IMG/VR virus record: IMGVR_UViG_3300021131_000008
Location: 1-54,769 of that record
Strand: one strand, 5' to 3'
DNA length: 54,769 nucleotides
DNA from: a virus
Lineage: Duplodnaviria; Caudoviricetes
Part shown: piece by piece, positions 35,584 to 44,663 of the stretch
Numbering within the stretch: position 1 is the first letter of the stretch
How the letters are laid out: every line of letters starts with the position of its first letter
The notes under the pieces: model-generated
The model's input: the letters and a program-made list of their open reading frames with translations, nothing else
Told to the model about the DNA's origin: nothing
The model's database searches: none
Program-made: the position numbers and the translations under genes

Positions 35584-38346
35584 ATGGCACAAAGCGGATA
35601 TACCCCAATCCTGATCTACGCAAGTGGAACAACTACAAACGTGCCTTTAGCGGCTAACTTAACAAGTAGCGCATCAGGCGCGGAGTTAGCACTTAACTAC
35701 GTTGATGGTAAGTTGTTCTACAAAGACAATGCAGGCGTAGTCCAGACTCTAGCTACAAAGTCTTCAACTTCAGGTGTATTTACGTCAGTCACCGACTCCG
35801 GCCTTACTTCTGGGCGTGTTACATACGCAACAACTGGTGGGCTTTTAACTGACTCTGCTAACTTGACGTTTAACGGCACTACGCTGACTGCCAACACACT
35901 GAATCTGACAAACGCACTGGGAACAACTTACGGCGGCACAGGATTGGGCTCGTACACCGCAGGCGACCTCACGTACTACTCCTCTGGCACGGCGTTTTCC
36001 AAGCTAGCAATCGGTACGTCAGGGCAGATACTTACCTCAACGGGCTCGGCTCCACAGTGGTCTACGCTGTCTGGCGTGGCGGTTACTACCTTCTCTGCGG
36101 GCACAACCGGCTTCACACCCTCAAGCGCAACATCAGGCGCAGTTACTTTGGCTGGAACGCTTGCCACAACCAACGGCGGCACAGGACTGACATCCTTTAC
36201 TGCTAACGGAGTTGTTTACGCCTCAAGTTCTAGTGCATTGGCTACTGGCTCTGCGCTTACTTTTAATGGAAGCAATTTCAAACTCACAGGTTCAGATAAC
36301 AACAACCTTGTTTACTCTGCAAACTCAAATGGCACTACAAGTATCAGGATGCAGTCAAATGCGGCAGGTAATTATTTAGTTGCCGCAGGTGCAGACCCTT
36401 TATATTTCCAAAATGCAAGTGCATCAGGTGTCATGGTGTTTGCGCCTGCATCATCTACAGAACAAATGCGCCTGACCAGCACAGGTCTGGGTATTGGTAC
36501 AAGTAGTCCTAGTAACCCTTTGCACGTTATAGGTTCAATTCTTACATCTAACACTTCAGGAAATGCTTATTTACAAGCATTATCAACAAATAATGGTTCT
36601 TCAGCCTATTTCAGAAGTACCGCTAACACCATTGGTGGAACTGCACAAACATGGTATGTTGGTCAAAATTTATCAGGAAATGCTGGTGCGTTTGAAATTT
36701 ATGATTCTGCTTTAGGTGGTGATTTATTGAATAGCCCAGCTGGTTCTGGTAACTTAGGATTAGGAGTTACTCCTATTGCTTGGGGAAGTTCGCACACGGC
36801 TTTTCAAGTTGGTGCTAGAGCCGCTTTATGGGCTGAAAAATCAGCAGGTAATACATATCTAAGCAACAACACATTTTATGACGGTACAAGTTATAAATAC
36901 ATTGGGACAGCGGCGGCTTCTCAATACACTCAAAACGCAGGTTCACATTTGTGGCTGACAGCCCCCTCCGGCACAGCAGGAAACGCCATTACCTTCACCC
37001 AAGCAATGACTCTTGATAGTAGCGGTCGGCTTGGTATAGGAACATCAAGCCCTACATCAACACTTACAGTTGCGGGAACAATAACCGCGATAAGTGGAAT
37101 AACTCCGGCTTATGTTGGTTACGTTCCTACAGGAGCGGGTGTTTTTGTTTCACCAACTGTTAATGCGGCAAGCAATTCTTCTGCTCCAAATGCCGCCGAA
37201 ACAGTGTTGACACTTACAAGAAGTGGAGTAACAGGTCAAGTTTATCCAAGTGTTGCTGAGTTTCAAATATCAAAAACCACAACCGACCTTTACGGTAGTA
37301 CAAAACTTGGTATTAAACTATTAAGTACAGATAATGTTTCTTTTATAACTCCGCTTACATTATCTGCATCGGCCGCAGGTAGCAGTGTTGCTGTCACGGG
37401 AACGCTGAGTGCGACGGGAACAAGCACTTTAGCGGCAGTAAATGCCAGTGCATCTTGTTCCATTATTAACGGTGGCGGTAATCAATCAAATTTAAGAATA
37501 GGCAACGCTGTCCCTGTGACGTTGGACGTTGGGGTATATAACCCGTACTTCACTATTGCGGCAGGCGTGTTGACAACTGCTACTAACCACCCTTTAATTT
37601 TTGGCACAAACAACACAGAAGTTGGTCGTTTTGATACTAGCGGCAACTTAGGTATTGGGACAAGTAGTCCTAGCGGAAAACTGACTGTTGCAAACACTTA
37701 CACAAATACTTCTGATGCAACCATTGTTGCTAGCTCAAGTATTCCCGGTATTAACTTGCGAACTACATCTACTGGAAGATTTTCAATTTTTAGTAGTTAT
37801 TCAGCCAATAACAGCACATCATTTGTGGTTGGTACAGGAACAAATAATCCGTCATCAGAGTCTATTTTTATAGACCACACTACTGCCAATGTTAGGTTCG
37901 CTAACGCTATTTCTGTTGGCGGTGTAACTCCCGCCGCTTCCGGCGCTGGCATCACCTTTCCCGCCACGCAGTCTGCATCGTCAGACGCGAATACGCTGGA
38001 TGATTACGAAGAAGGAACGTGGACACCAACAGATGCTAGTGGGGCGGGTTTAACCTTTACAGTATCGTTTGCAAAATATACAAAAGTGGGAAGGGCTGTA
38101 TCTATACAAGGCGCTATTACATATCCAACAACGGCAAGCACTGTTACAGCCCAATTTACTGGGTTTCCATTTAATGCGGTCGATTCAATACAAATGTCTC
38201 TTATCTATACAGATGCTTCTGTTGCAACTTTTACTTATTTATCTGGGAACACAACAAACGTATATCCACTTATACCGGGGGTTAATATAACTAACGCAAC
38301 ATTAAGTGGGAAACTTATTTCTTTTGCTGGAACATATTTTGTTTAA
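35584..38346 (+). CDS. Tail fibre / receptor-binding protein
   Basis: ELALN..DGKLFYKD, repeated G.LGIGTSSP units and a LDDYEEGTWTP...YTKVGR C-terminal module. Confidence 0.8.
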   Translation: MAQSGYTPILIYASGTTTNVPLAANLTSSASGAELALNYVDGKLFYKDNAGVVQTLATKSSTSGVFTSVTDSGLTSGRVTYATTGGLLTDSANLTFNGTTLTANTLNLTNALGTTYGGTGLGSYTAGDLTYYSSGTAFSKLAIGTSGQILTSTGSAPQWSTLSGVAVTTFSAGTTGFTPSSATSGAVTLAGTLATTNGGTGLTSFTANGVVYASSSSALATGSALTFNGSNFKLTGSDNNNLVYSANSNGTTSIRMQSNAAGNYLVAAGADPLYFQNASASGVMVFAPASSTEQMRLTSTGLGIGTSSPSNPLHVIGSILTSNTSGNAYLQALSTNNGSSAYFRSTANTIGGTAQTWYVGQNLSGNAGAFEIYDSALGGDLLNSPAGSGNLGLGVTPIAWGSSHTAFQVGARAALWAEKSAGNTYLSNNTFYDGTSYKYIGTAAASQYTQNAGSHLWLTAPSGTAGNAITFTQAMTLDSSGRLGIGTSSPTSTLTVAGTITAISGITPAYVGYVPTGAGVFVSPTVNAASNSSAPNAAETVLTLTRSGVTGQVYPSVAEFQISKTTTDLYGSTKLGIKLLSTDNVSFITPLTLSASAAGSSVAVTGTLSATGTSTLAAVNASASCSIINGGGNQSNLRIGNAVPVTLDVGVYNPYFTIAAGVLTTATNHPLIFGTNNTEVGRFDTSGNLGIGTSSPSGKLTVANTYTNTSDATIVASSSIPGINLRTTSTGRFSIFSSYSANNSTSFVVGTGTNNPSSESIFIDHTTANVRFANAISVGGVTPAASGAGITFPATQSASSDANTLDDYEEGTWTPTDASGAGLTFTVSFAKYTKVGRAVSIQGAITYPTTASTVTAQFTGFPFNAVDSIQMSLIYTDASVATFTYLSGNTTNVYPLIPGVNITNATLSGKLISFAGTYFV

Positions 38347-38395
38347 TTAACTGCATTGGATTATGCAGTCGGACACTTAACTTAAAAGGAAAATC

Positions 38396-38653
38396 ATGTC
38401 AATCACCAAATCAACCACTGTTGACCAAATAACCATCACCGAAAACGGCATCATTCTTTACCGTGAAGCCACACGCATCATTGAGGACGGAACTGAACTG
38501 ACCAAAACCTACCACCGCAACAGCCTGACGCCAGCGCAAGACCTGACGGGCATCCCTGCCAATGTCGTTGCTCATTGCAATGTAGCTTGGACTGCTGAAG
38601 TCATTGCGGCTTATCAAGCCCAAGTAGCATCTCAACGTAACCAAGGAGTTTAA
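38396..38653 (+). CDS. Putative fibre-associated small protein
   Basis: Directly after the fibre gene, with an AAAGGA RBS. Confidence 0.6.
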   Translation: MSITKSTTVDQITITENGIILYREATRIIEDGTELTKTYHRNSLTPAQDLTGIPANVVAHCNVAWTAEVIAAYQAQVASQRNQGV

Positions 38654-38655
38654 AA

Positions 38656-38976
38656 ATGAATACATATGTTTGGACAGTAACCGCAATGGACAGCTACCCA
38701 ACGTCCCCACAACCTGATTGCGTGTTCAATACGCACTGGACATGCTCAGGCACAGATGGCACATATAACGCATCCGTTTATACCACCACAGCGATACCGT
38801 ATAACTCGGCAGAACCGTATATCCCTTACGCGCAACTAACGCAAGCAGAAGTGTTGGCGTGGGTTTATGAAAACGGTGTGGATAAAGTGACGGTTGAGGC
38901 GGCGGTAGGACAGCAGTTAGCTAATTTACAAAATCCTCCGGTAGTGACATTACCACTGCCGTGGGTAGTAGGGTAA
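38656..38976 (+). CDS. Putative fibre-associated small protein
   Basis: IPYAQLT..EVL.WV...LPLPW, with an AAGGAG RBS. Confidence 0.6.
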   Translation: MNTYVWTVTAMDSYPTSPQPDCVFNTHWTCSGTDGTYNASVYTTTAIPYNSAEPYIPYAQLTQAEVLAWVYENGVDKVTVEAAVGQQLANLQNPPVVTLPLPWVVG

Positions 38977-39010
38977 AGGACTGCCCTTTCAGTCCATAGT
39001 AAGGAGAATA

Positions 39011-39241
39011 GTGATGAGTCAAGACACGAAAAAAACTCAGATAACTATAGATGGTGTAGATTTTTTGTACGAAGACATGACGCAAGAACAGCAGATGCTA
39101 GTACAGCATACCGAGGATTTAACCCGAAAGATTGGTTCAGCACAGTTTAATCTTGACCAACTTAATGTCGGAAAACAAGCCTTTGTTAATCTGCTCAAAG
39201 AATCTTTAACGAAACCTGTAGAAGAAAAGGTAGTTAACTAA
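39011..39241 (+). CDS. Hypothetical coiled-coil protein
   Basis: AAGGAG RBS. Short helical protein. Confidence 0.65.
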   Translation: MMSQDTKKTQITIDGVDFLYEDMTQEQQMLVQHTEDLTRKIGSAQFNLDQLNVGKQAFVNLLKESLTKPVEEKVVN

Positions 39242-39475
39242 ATGGACTGGCAAATTTATCTTAACATTGCAGTAGCAATAGGGTCAGCGATTGTTGGGTG
39301 GTGGTGCAAACAAGTGTGGGATGCTACCCAAAGCCTTAAGACTTCGGTGCAAAAGATTGAGGTAGATTTGCCAACTTACTATGTACGTAAGACGGATATG
39401 GATACGCGGTTTGATAAATTAGAATCAATGTTAGATAAGATTTTTGATAAGCTAGACAAAAAGGTGGATAAATGA
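39242..39475 (+). CDS. Membrane protein, 1 TM plus coiled coil (lysis cluster)
   Basis: N-terminal hydrophobic helix and IFDKLDKKVDK. Confidence 0.6.
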   Translation: MDWQIYLNIAVAIGSAIVGWWCKQVWDATQSLKTSVQKIEVDLPTYYVRKTDMDTRFDKLESMLDKIFDKLDKKVDK

Positions 39476-39663
39476 ACACATTAAAGTCAGCGTTAAAATC
39501 AAGAACGGTATTATTTGCTCTTTTAATAGCAATTCTTTCTGTGCTTCAAGGGTTTGTTTATATCCTCCCCATCACGCCTGTAAATCAAATGTACATCGGC
39601 CTTCTTGTTTCTGTAGCTGTAGTCTTCTTGCGTTTTATTACAACGACTCCGGTGATTAAATGA
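39472..39663 (+). CDS. Putative holin (2 TM)
   Basis: KSRT.LF start, two hydrophobic helices and LRFITT.P. Confidence 0.55.
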   Translation: MNTLKSALKSRTVLFALLIAILSVLQGFVYILPITPVNQMYIGLLVSVAVVFLRFITTTPVIK

Positions 39664-40154
39664 ATTGGCTTGCACAGATTGCCCCCACAATTGCAACCGC
39701 AGTTGGTGGCCCTTTAGGAGGACTCGCATATGAAACAATTAGCAAAGTTATGGGCATTGGTCAAGATGACGCTAAAAAAATGTTGGACGAAGGTAAGCTC
39801 TCTGGTGACCAAATCGCATCTTTACAGCAAGCTGAAATAGCTCTTAAAGCAAAAGCCCAAGAACTAGGATTGGACTTTGAAAAGCTGTCGGTTGAAGACC
39901 GTAAATCAGCGCGGGATATGCAAGTAGCAACGAAGTCATGGTTACCGCCTACCTTAGCAATATTAGTGACTATAGGTTTTTTTAGTATATTGACAGGGCT
40001 AATGTTGGGGAGGGTGGAACATGGTGCTGAAATTGATATTATGCTTGGTTCTCTTGGTACCGCTTGGACTGGCATTATTGCTTTTTATTTTGGGTCTAGC
40101 TCTAGCTCTCAAAAGAAAGATGCGATGATTTATAACTCTACTCCTACAAAATGA
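39660..40154 (+). CDS. Holin-like membrane protein (GTA 3TM holin-like)
   Basis: APTIATA.GGPLGG, DRKSAR, two TMs and FYFGSS. Confidence 0.65.
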   Translation: MNWLAQIAPTIATAVGGPLGGLAYETISKVMGIGQDDAKKMLDEGKLSGDQIASLQQAEIALKAKAQELGLDFEKLSVEDRKSARDMQVATKSWLPPTLAILVTIGFFSILTGLMLGRVEHGAEIDIMLGSLGTAWTGIIAFYFGSSSSSQKKDAMIYNSTPTK

Positions 40155-40372
40155 CAATACAAGACAAAGTAATTTTGATTGCTACTGCATCATTATCGCT
40201 AATTGTATGCGCGATGCTAGCGATGTTCTGTTACGCGATAATAGACCCCAATACCGATGACGAAGAAGTTTTTACAATTATAGGCCCAAGTTTTCAAGTT
40301 ATTGTCGGTGGATTTATTGGGCTAGTAACTGGAATAAAAATAGGTAAAAAAAATAATGAAACTGACAGCTAA
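40151..40372 (+). CDS. Membrane protein (2 TM) in the lysis cluster
   Basis: Two hydrophobic segments including P.FQ.IVGGFIGL..G. Confidence 0.6.
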   Translation: MTIQDKVILIATASLSLIVCAMLAMFCYAIIDPNTDDEEVFTIIGPSFQVIVGGFIGLVTGIKIGKKNNETDS

Positions 40373-40784
40373 CTTTAGTCTTGAAGAACTAAGTTTCACC
40401 GAGCATCGGGAGTTTGACAACACGCCTCCTCCTGAAGTTATACCTAATCTTAAAAGGCTAGCGATAGTGCTTGAGCAGGTTAGGTCTTTGGTAAATAACA
40501 ATCCGGTAGTCGTTAACTCTGCCTTTCGCTGTTTAAACGTCAATCGGGCAGTAGGAAGCGGAGATGGGAGTCAACATAGATTGGGCTGTGCGGCAGACAT
40601 AAGGGTTCCGGGAATGGAGCCAGAAATGGTTTTGCAAGCTATAAAAGCCTCCAACATCCAGTATGACCAACTTATAAGAGAATTTGATGCTTGGGTGCAT
40701 ATCTCTGTGCCGAGTATTGAAGGAAATGCACCGCGTAAAATGGTGCTTATTATCGATAAACAAGGCACTAGAGCTTACGGATAA
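40356..40784 (+). CDS. Endolysin, peptidase M15 family
   Basis: SAFRC..VN.AVG, SQH..G.AAD and WVHIS zinc-binding motifs. Confidence 0.9.
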   Translation: MKLTANFSLEELSFTEHREFDNTPPPEVIPNLKRLAIVLEQVRSLVNNNPVVVNSAFRCLNVNRAVGSGDGSQHRLGCAADIRVPGMEPEMVLQAIKASNIQYDQLIREFDAWVHISVPSIEGNAPRKMVLIIDKQGTRAYG

Positions 40785-40790
40785 CCTACT

Positions 40791-41420
40791 ATGACCGCGT
40801 CTTTTGCTTTAACTTATGACTCTTTAATCACCGCGGTAGAGCAGTATCTTGAACGAAATGATGACGCGGTTGTTAATCAGATCCCTACGTTCATAACATT
40901 ATGCGAATTTGAAATAGCGCAACAAATGAAGACGTTAGGGCAACAGCAGGTTGTAGAGAGCACCATGAGCATAGGTAACCCTATTATACCAAAGCCTGCA
41001 AGATGGCGTAAGACTGTCTCTTTTAACGTAACCGGTTCTGCTGGGCCTGCGCCTGTGTTTATACGTAAATATGAGTATCTTTTAAATTATAATACCGGTG
41101 CAAGCAATGGTCTTCCGTTATACTATGCTGATTATGACTACGCGCATTGGCTGGTGTCACCCGCACCAGATCAAGCCTACCCGTTTGAAGTATTATACTA
41201 TGAACGTTTACAACCGCTGGACTCGACTAATCAAACCAACTGGATAACCCAAAACGCACCCAACGCCATGCTTTTTGGAACATTATTGCAAGCCATGCCA
41301 TTTTTAAAAAATGATCAAAGGCAAATATTTCAACAGAAGTATAGTGAAGCCATGGCAGCGCTGACAACAGAAAATACACTCAGAATTGGCGATCGTCAAG
41401 CCGTAGCACAGGACTCATAA
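40791..41420 (+). CDS. Putative head-tail adaptor protein
   Basis: TYDSL...V..YL.R, IPTFI.L.E, P.PD..Y, TNW....P...L.GTL..A..FLK.D. Confidence 0.7.
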   Translation: MTASFALTYDSLITAVEQYLERNDDAVVNQIPTFITLCEFEIAQQMKTLGQQQVVESTMSIGNPIIPKPARWRKTVSFNVTGSAGPAPVFIRKYEYLLNYNTGASNGLPLYYADYDYAHWLVSPAPDQAYPFEVLYYERLQPLDSTNQTNWITQNAPNAMLFGTLLQAMPFLKNDQRQIFQQKYSEAMAALTTENTLRIGDRQAVAQDS

Positions 41421-41421
41421 C

Positions 41422-42660
41422 ATGACCACATATACTAATCCGTTTACTGGGCAAACTGTATCGCCTTCGCAAGTCGCGTATGAATCGTTAACTATCTCAG
41501 CTGATACGGTATTGCAATGGCCAGTTAATGGTAACACCGGCGTTGTTGCATCTAATATCATTGAAGTAACCGCGACAACGACTAGTTTGAATTTGATAAT
41601 GCCTTCGGCACTGCAAGTCTCTGTCGGTCAAGCGGTTATCATACGTAATATTGGTACGAATACATTCACGGTTACTGATAATCCAACTCTACCGGCGCTT
41701 GTAGGCTCTACGCTTGTATCTATACCCTCAGGCATAACAATATATCTTTACCTTACCGCCAATACAACTAACGCAGGCACTTGGCAATCGGTTACATTTG
41801 GCGCAGGTACTTCTTCTGCTAATGCGGCCACGTTAGCAGGTTATGGTTTAACTGCATTAGGTACTACCTTAAATCAATCTTATCTTGTAACCAATTATTA
41901 CTCAAACAGCACATTAACTGCAACCAATCGTGCTAACTTTGTAGTCTGGGGTAGCGGTGTAGGCACTTTAACATTGACGTCTGCAGCTACGCTAGGCAAT
42001 AACTGGTTTTGCATGATTGCAAATAATGGCACAGGCATTGTAACCATTACCCCATCAGGTACGGATACTATCAATGGTAATGCTAATCAACAATTACAAC
42101 TCACCGAGTCGCTGGTTATTGTTTCCAATGGCGCAGGTGGGTTTAATACGTTTGGGTATGGGCGGTCAAACGCTTTTGCATATACGCAGTTTTCGCAATC
42201 TGTTACTGGCGGCACATTTACATTAACATCCGCGCAAGCTTCAAATACAATTCAAACGTATATTGGGGCTTTGACAAGCAATCAGATTGTAATCGTACCC
42301 TCAACCGTGCAGTTATATACCTTTACCAATAACACGACAGGTGCGTACTCATTCACGGTAAAAACTGTGGCTTCCGGTGGCGCAACAGTGCTTGTACCGC
42401 AATCATCTTCACTGGTTATTATCTGTGATGGCACTAATTGTTATAATGCAGCATCAGGGTCATCGAGTTCTTTAACCACTTTAACGTTAGGCAATGGTTC
42501 TTTATCAGTACCATCTTTGAAGTTTTCAGGCGATATTAATTCAGGGATTTTCTTACCATCGTCTAGTCAAGTCGGGTTCGTTGTCGCAAATACTTTAGCC
42601 GGTTATTTTAATGCTTCGGGTTTCACGGCTATTAATGGCATTGGTGGAGGGGCGTTTTGA
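41422..42660 (+). CDS. Tail structural protein
   Basis: Beta-rich Thr/Gly/Ser composition, ending GIGGGAF. Confidence 0.65.
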   Translation: MTTYTNPFTGQTVSPSQVAYESLTISADTVLQWPVNGNTGVVASNIIEVTATTTSLNLIMPSALQVSVGQAVIIRNIGTNTFTVTDNPTLPALVGSTLVSIPSGITIYLYLTANTTNAGTWQSVTFGAGTSSANAATLAGYGLTALGTTLNQSYLVTNYYSNSTLTATNRANFVVWGSGVGTLTLTSAATLGNNWFCMIANNGTGIVTITPSGTDTINGNANQQLQLTESLVIVSNGAGGFNTFGYGRSNAFAYTQFSQSVTGGTFTLTSAQASNTIQTYIGALTSNQIVIVPSTVQLYTFTNNTTGAYSFTVKTVASGGATVLVPQSSSLVIICDGTNCYNAASGSSSSLTTLTLGNGSLSVPSLKFSGDINSGIFLPSSSQVGFVVANTLAGYFNASGFTAINGIGGGAF

Positions 42661-44426
42661 CAGCACAAGTTCAGTCACTTAATATACAAGCAGGAATTCA
42701 ACGAGACGGGACGTTATTTGACTCGCCTTGTTTTGTTGATGGCCAGTGGGTGCGGTTTCAACGCGGTCGGCCTCGTAAAATAGGTGGCTATAGAGGCGCG
42801 TTTTTAAATGCGCCTCAGATTAGCCGCGGTATGGTCATGCAGTCTCAGCAAGGCATAAACTACGTATATTCCGGCAGTCAAACTTATTTAAAGTATTGGC
42901 AAACAGGCACTAATGATGGTGTAGGCTCTGGGCCGTATGATGTAACGCCTTCCACGGGGTTTACCGCTAACGCCAACAATCTTTGGCAGTTTGACATTGG
43001 GTACAACTCATCGGCTACAGCATTGCAGATTGTAGCCCATCCAGGACAAAATTTAACTAACATTGACAGTACGGTAACTACTCGTGTTTTGTCAGGCACG
43101 TTTCCTGGCGGCACACTAACGCCGGTAGGCGTATTTAGTGACAGCGCAACTATTAATAGTACGTCAACAACTATGACGGTTAATATTGCTGATTTCAGGA
43201 TTGCCGCGGGGCAAACAATTACAGCTGCATCGGGTATACCGGCTAATACAACAGTGGTATCCGCTTTAGTCTCAGGTAGTACAACAATAGTAGTTATGTC
43301 AGCTGCGGCCACTGCAAGTACTACGCAGTCCACCACGTTTGATAATAATATTTCCGTTTCTGGCGGAACTTGTATGATCTACCCATATTTGTTTGTGTAC
43401 GGTAGTAATGGGCAGATACAAAATAGTTCAGCCGGTGACTTTACCAACTGGGTTGGCGCCGATGCAAACTACGCTAACGTATCATCTACAAAGGTCGTTA
43501 AGGGTATGCCCCTACGTGGGGGTACAACGTCTCCTGCAGCGTTATTCTGGTCATTGGATCAGCTGACTCGAGTGAGTTATGCCCCACAAACGATAGGCTC
43601 GGCTACTATTTACTGGCGTTATGACATTATTTCAACGCAAACGTCAATTCTGTCAAGCCAATGCGTCATAGAGTATGATGGTATATACTATTGGGTAGGC
43701 GTAGATAGATTTCTACAATACAATGGCGTTGTGCAAGAGATTAAAAACAACAATAATATCAATTTTTTCTTTGATAATTTGAATTATAATCAACGACAAA
43801 AGGTATGGGCAGCAAAAATCCCTAGATGGGGCGAGATTTGGTGGTTTTACCCTTCCGGCACATCAACCGAATGCGACAACGCAATAATTTATAATGTGAG
43901 AGACAATATCTGGTATGATGCTGGTTTTGCGCCAGGAGCCCATCGGTCTGCCGGTGTATTTTCTGAAGTATTTAAGTTCCCTATCTGGGCAGATACAACG
44001 CCTAATGTAACTGGCACGTACACACTTTGGCAACATGAGACCGGCACCGATAGCGTGTACTTAAATAACGTAGATGCTATAGAATCTTATTTTGAGACCA
44101 ACAGCATAGGTTGGGTAACCGGTGGTCCAGGAGTAAAATCGCCTTCTGGCAATAATAGATGGATTAGAATTGAGCGTATAGAGCCTGACTTTGTGCAGTC
44201 TGGGCAAATGAGTGTAGTTATAACCGGAAAAAGCTACGCTGATGACGCTGATGTGCCGTCCGACCCATATAATTTTACATCTGGCACGCTTAAAATTGAC
44301 ATGCGAGAGCAACGCCGTGAGATGCGATTGCGATTTATCAGTAACGATTTTAACGGTAATTATGAGACAGGTAATATATTGTTGAGCGCTGATATTGGCG
44401 ATGAACGTGGCACAGGGAACCCGTAA
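42657..44426 (+). CDS. Putative tail nozzle / P22 gp10-like beta-propeller
   Basis: W.RF.RG.P.KIGG, YW.G.D.F..YNG, EIWWFYPS..STECD....YN and RIEPDF. Confidence 0.65.
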   Translation: MTAQVQSLNIQAGIQRDGTLFDSPCFVDGQWVRFQRGRPRKIGGYRGAFLNAPQISRGMVMQSQQGINYVYSGSQTYLKYWQTGTNDGVGSGPYDVTPSTGFTANANNLWQFDIGYNSSATALQIVAHPGQNLTNIDSTVTTRVLSGTFPGGTLTPVGVFSDSATINSTSTTMTVNIADFRIAAGQTITAASGIPANTTVVSALVSGSTTIVVMSAAATASTTQSTTFDNNISVSGGTCMIYPYLFVYGSNGQIQNSSAGDFTNWVGADANYANVSSTKVVKGMPLRGGTTSPAALFWSLDQLTRVSYAPQTIGSATIYWRYDIISTQTSILSSQCVIEYDGIYYWVGVDRFLQYNGVVQEIKNNNNINFFFDNLNYNQRQKVWAAKIPRWGEIWWFYPSGTSTECDNAIIYNVRDNIWYDAGFAPGAHRSAGVFSEVFKFPIWADTTPNVTGTYTLWQHETGTDSVYLNNVDAIESYFETNSIGWVTGGPGVKSPSGNNRWIRIERIEPDFVQSGQMSVVITGKSYADDADVPSDPYNFTSGTLKIDMREQRREMRLRFISNDFNGNYETGNILLSADIGDERGTGNP

Positions 44427-44662
44427 TGGTTACTTATGATCCTAGAGGGCATACGTGGGACTCTTGGTGCAGACGTATGGCTGAATTGTTTGCCTCCAAC
44501 CAGCTTGGCACTGTGCTTGAAGAAGACTGGCGTGACTGGGCTTCAGGAATGCAAGGTATAGGTTATTTTGTGCAATCAGGCGTGCCTGATGCAAGAAACT
44601 TTGATACTTGGCAAGACTGGGCGTCTACATTGGTTGGCATCATGTCCATAGACAGGAATTAG
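44426..44662 (+). CDS. Trp-rich hypothetical protein
   Basis: Coupled to the nozzle gene. P....F.TWQDWA. Confidence 0.65.
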   Translation: MVTYDPRGHTWDSWCRRMAELFASNQLGTVLEEDWRDWASGMQGIGYFVQSGVPDARNFDTWQDWASTLVGIMSIDRN

Positions 44663-44663
44663 A

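Noticed and set aside
35584-38346. Diversity-generating retroelement acting on the fibre
   Set aside because: No reverse transcriptase and no template/variable repeat pair was seen.
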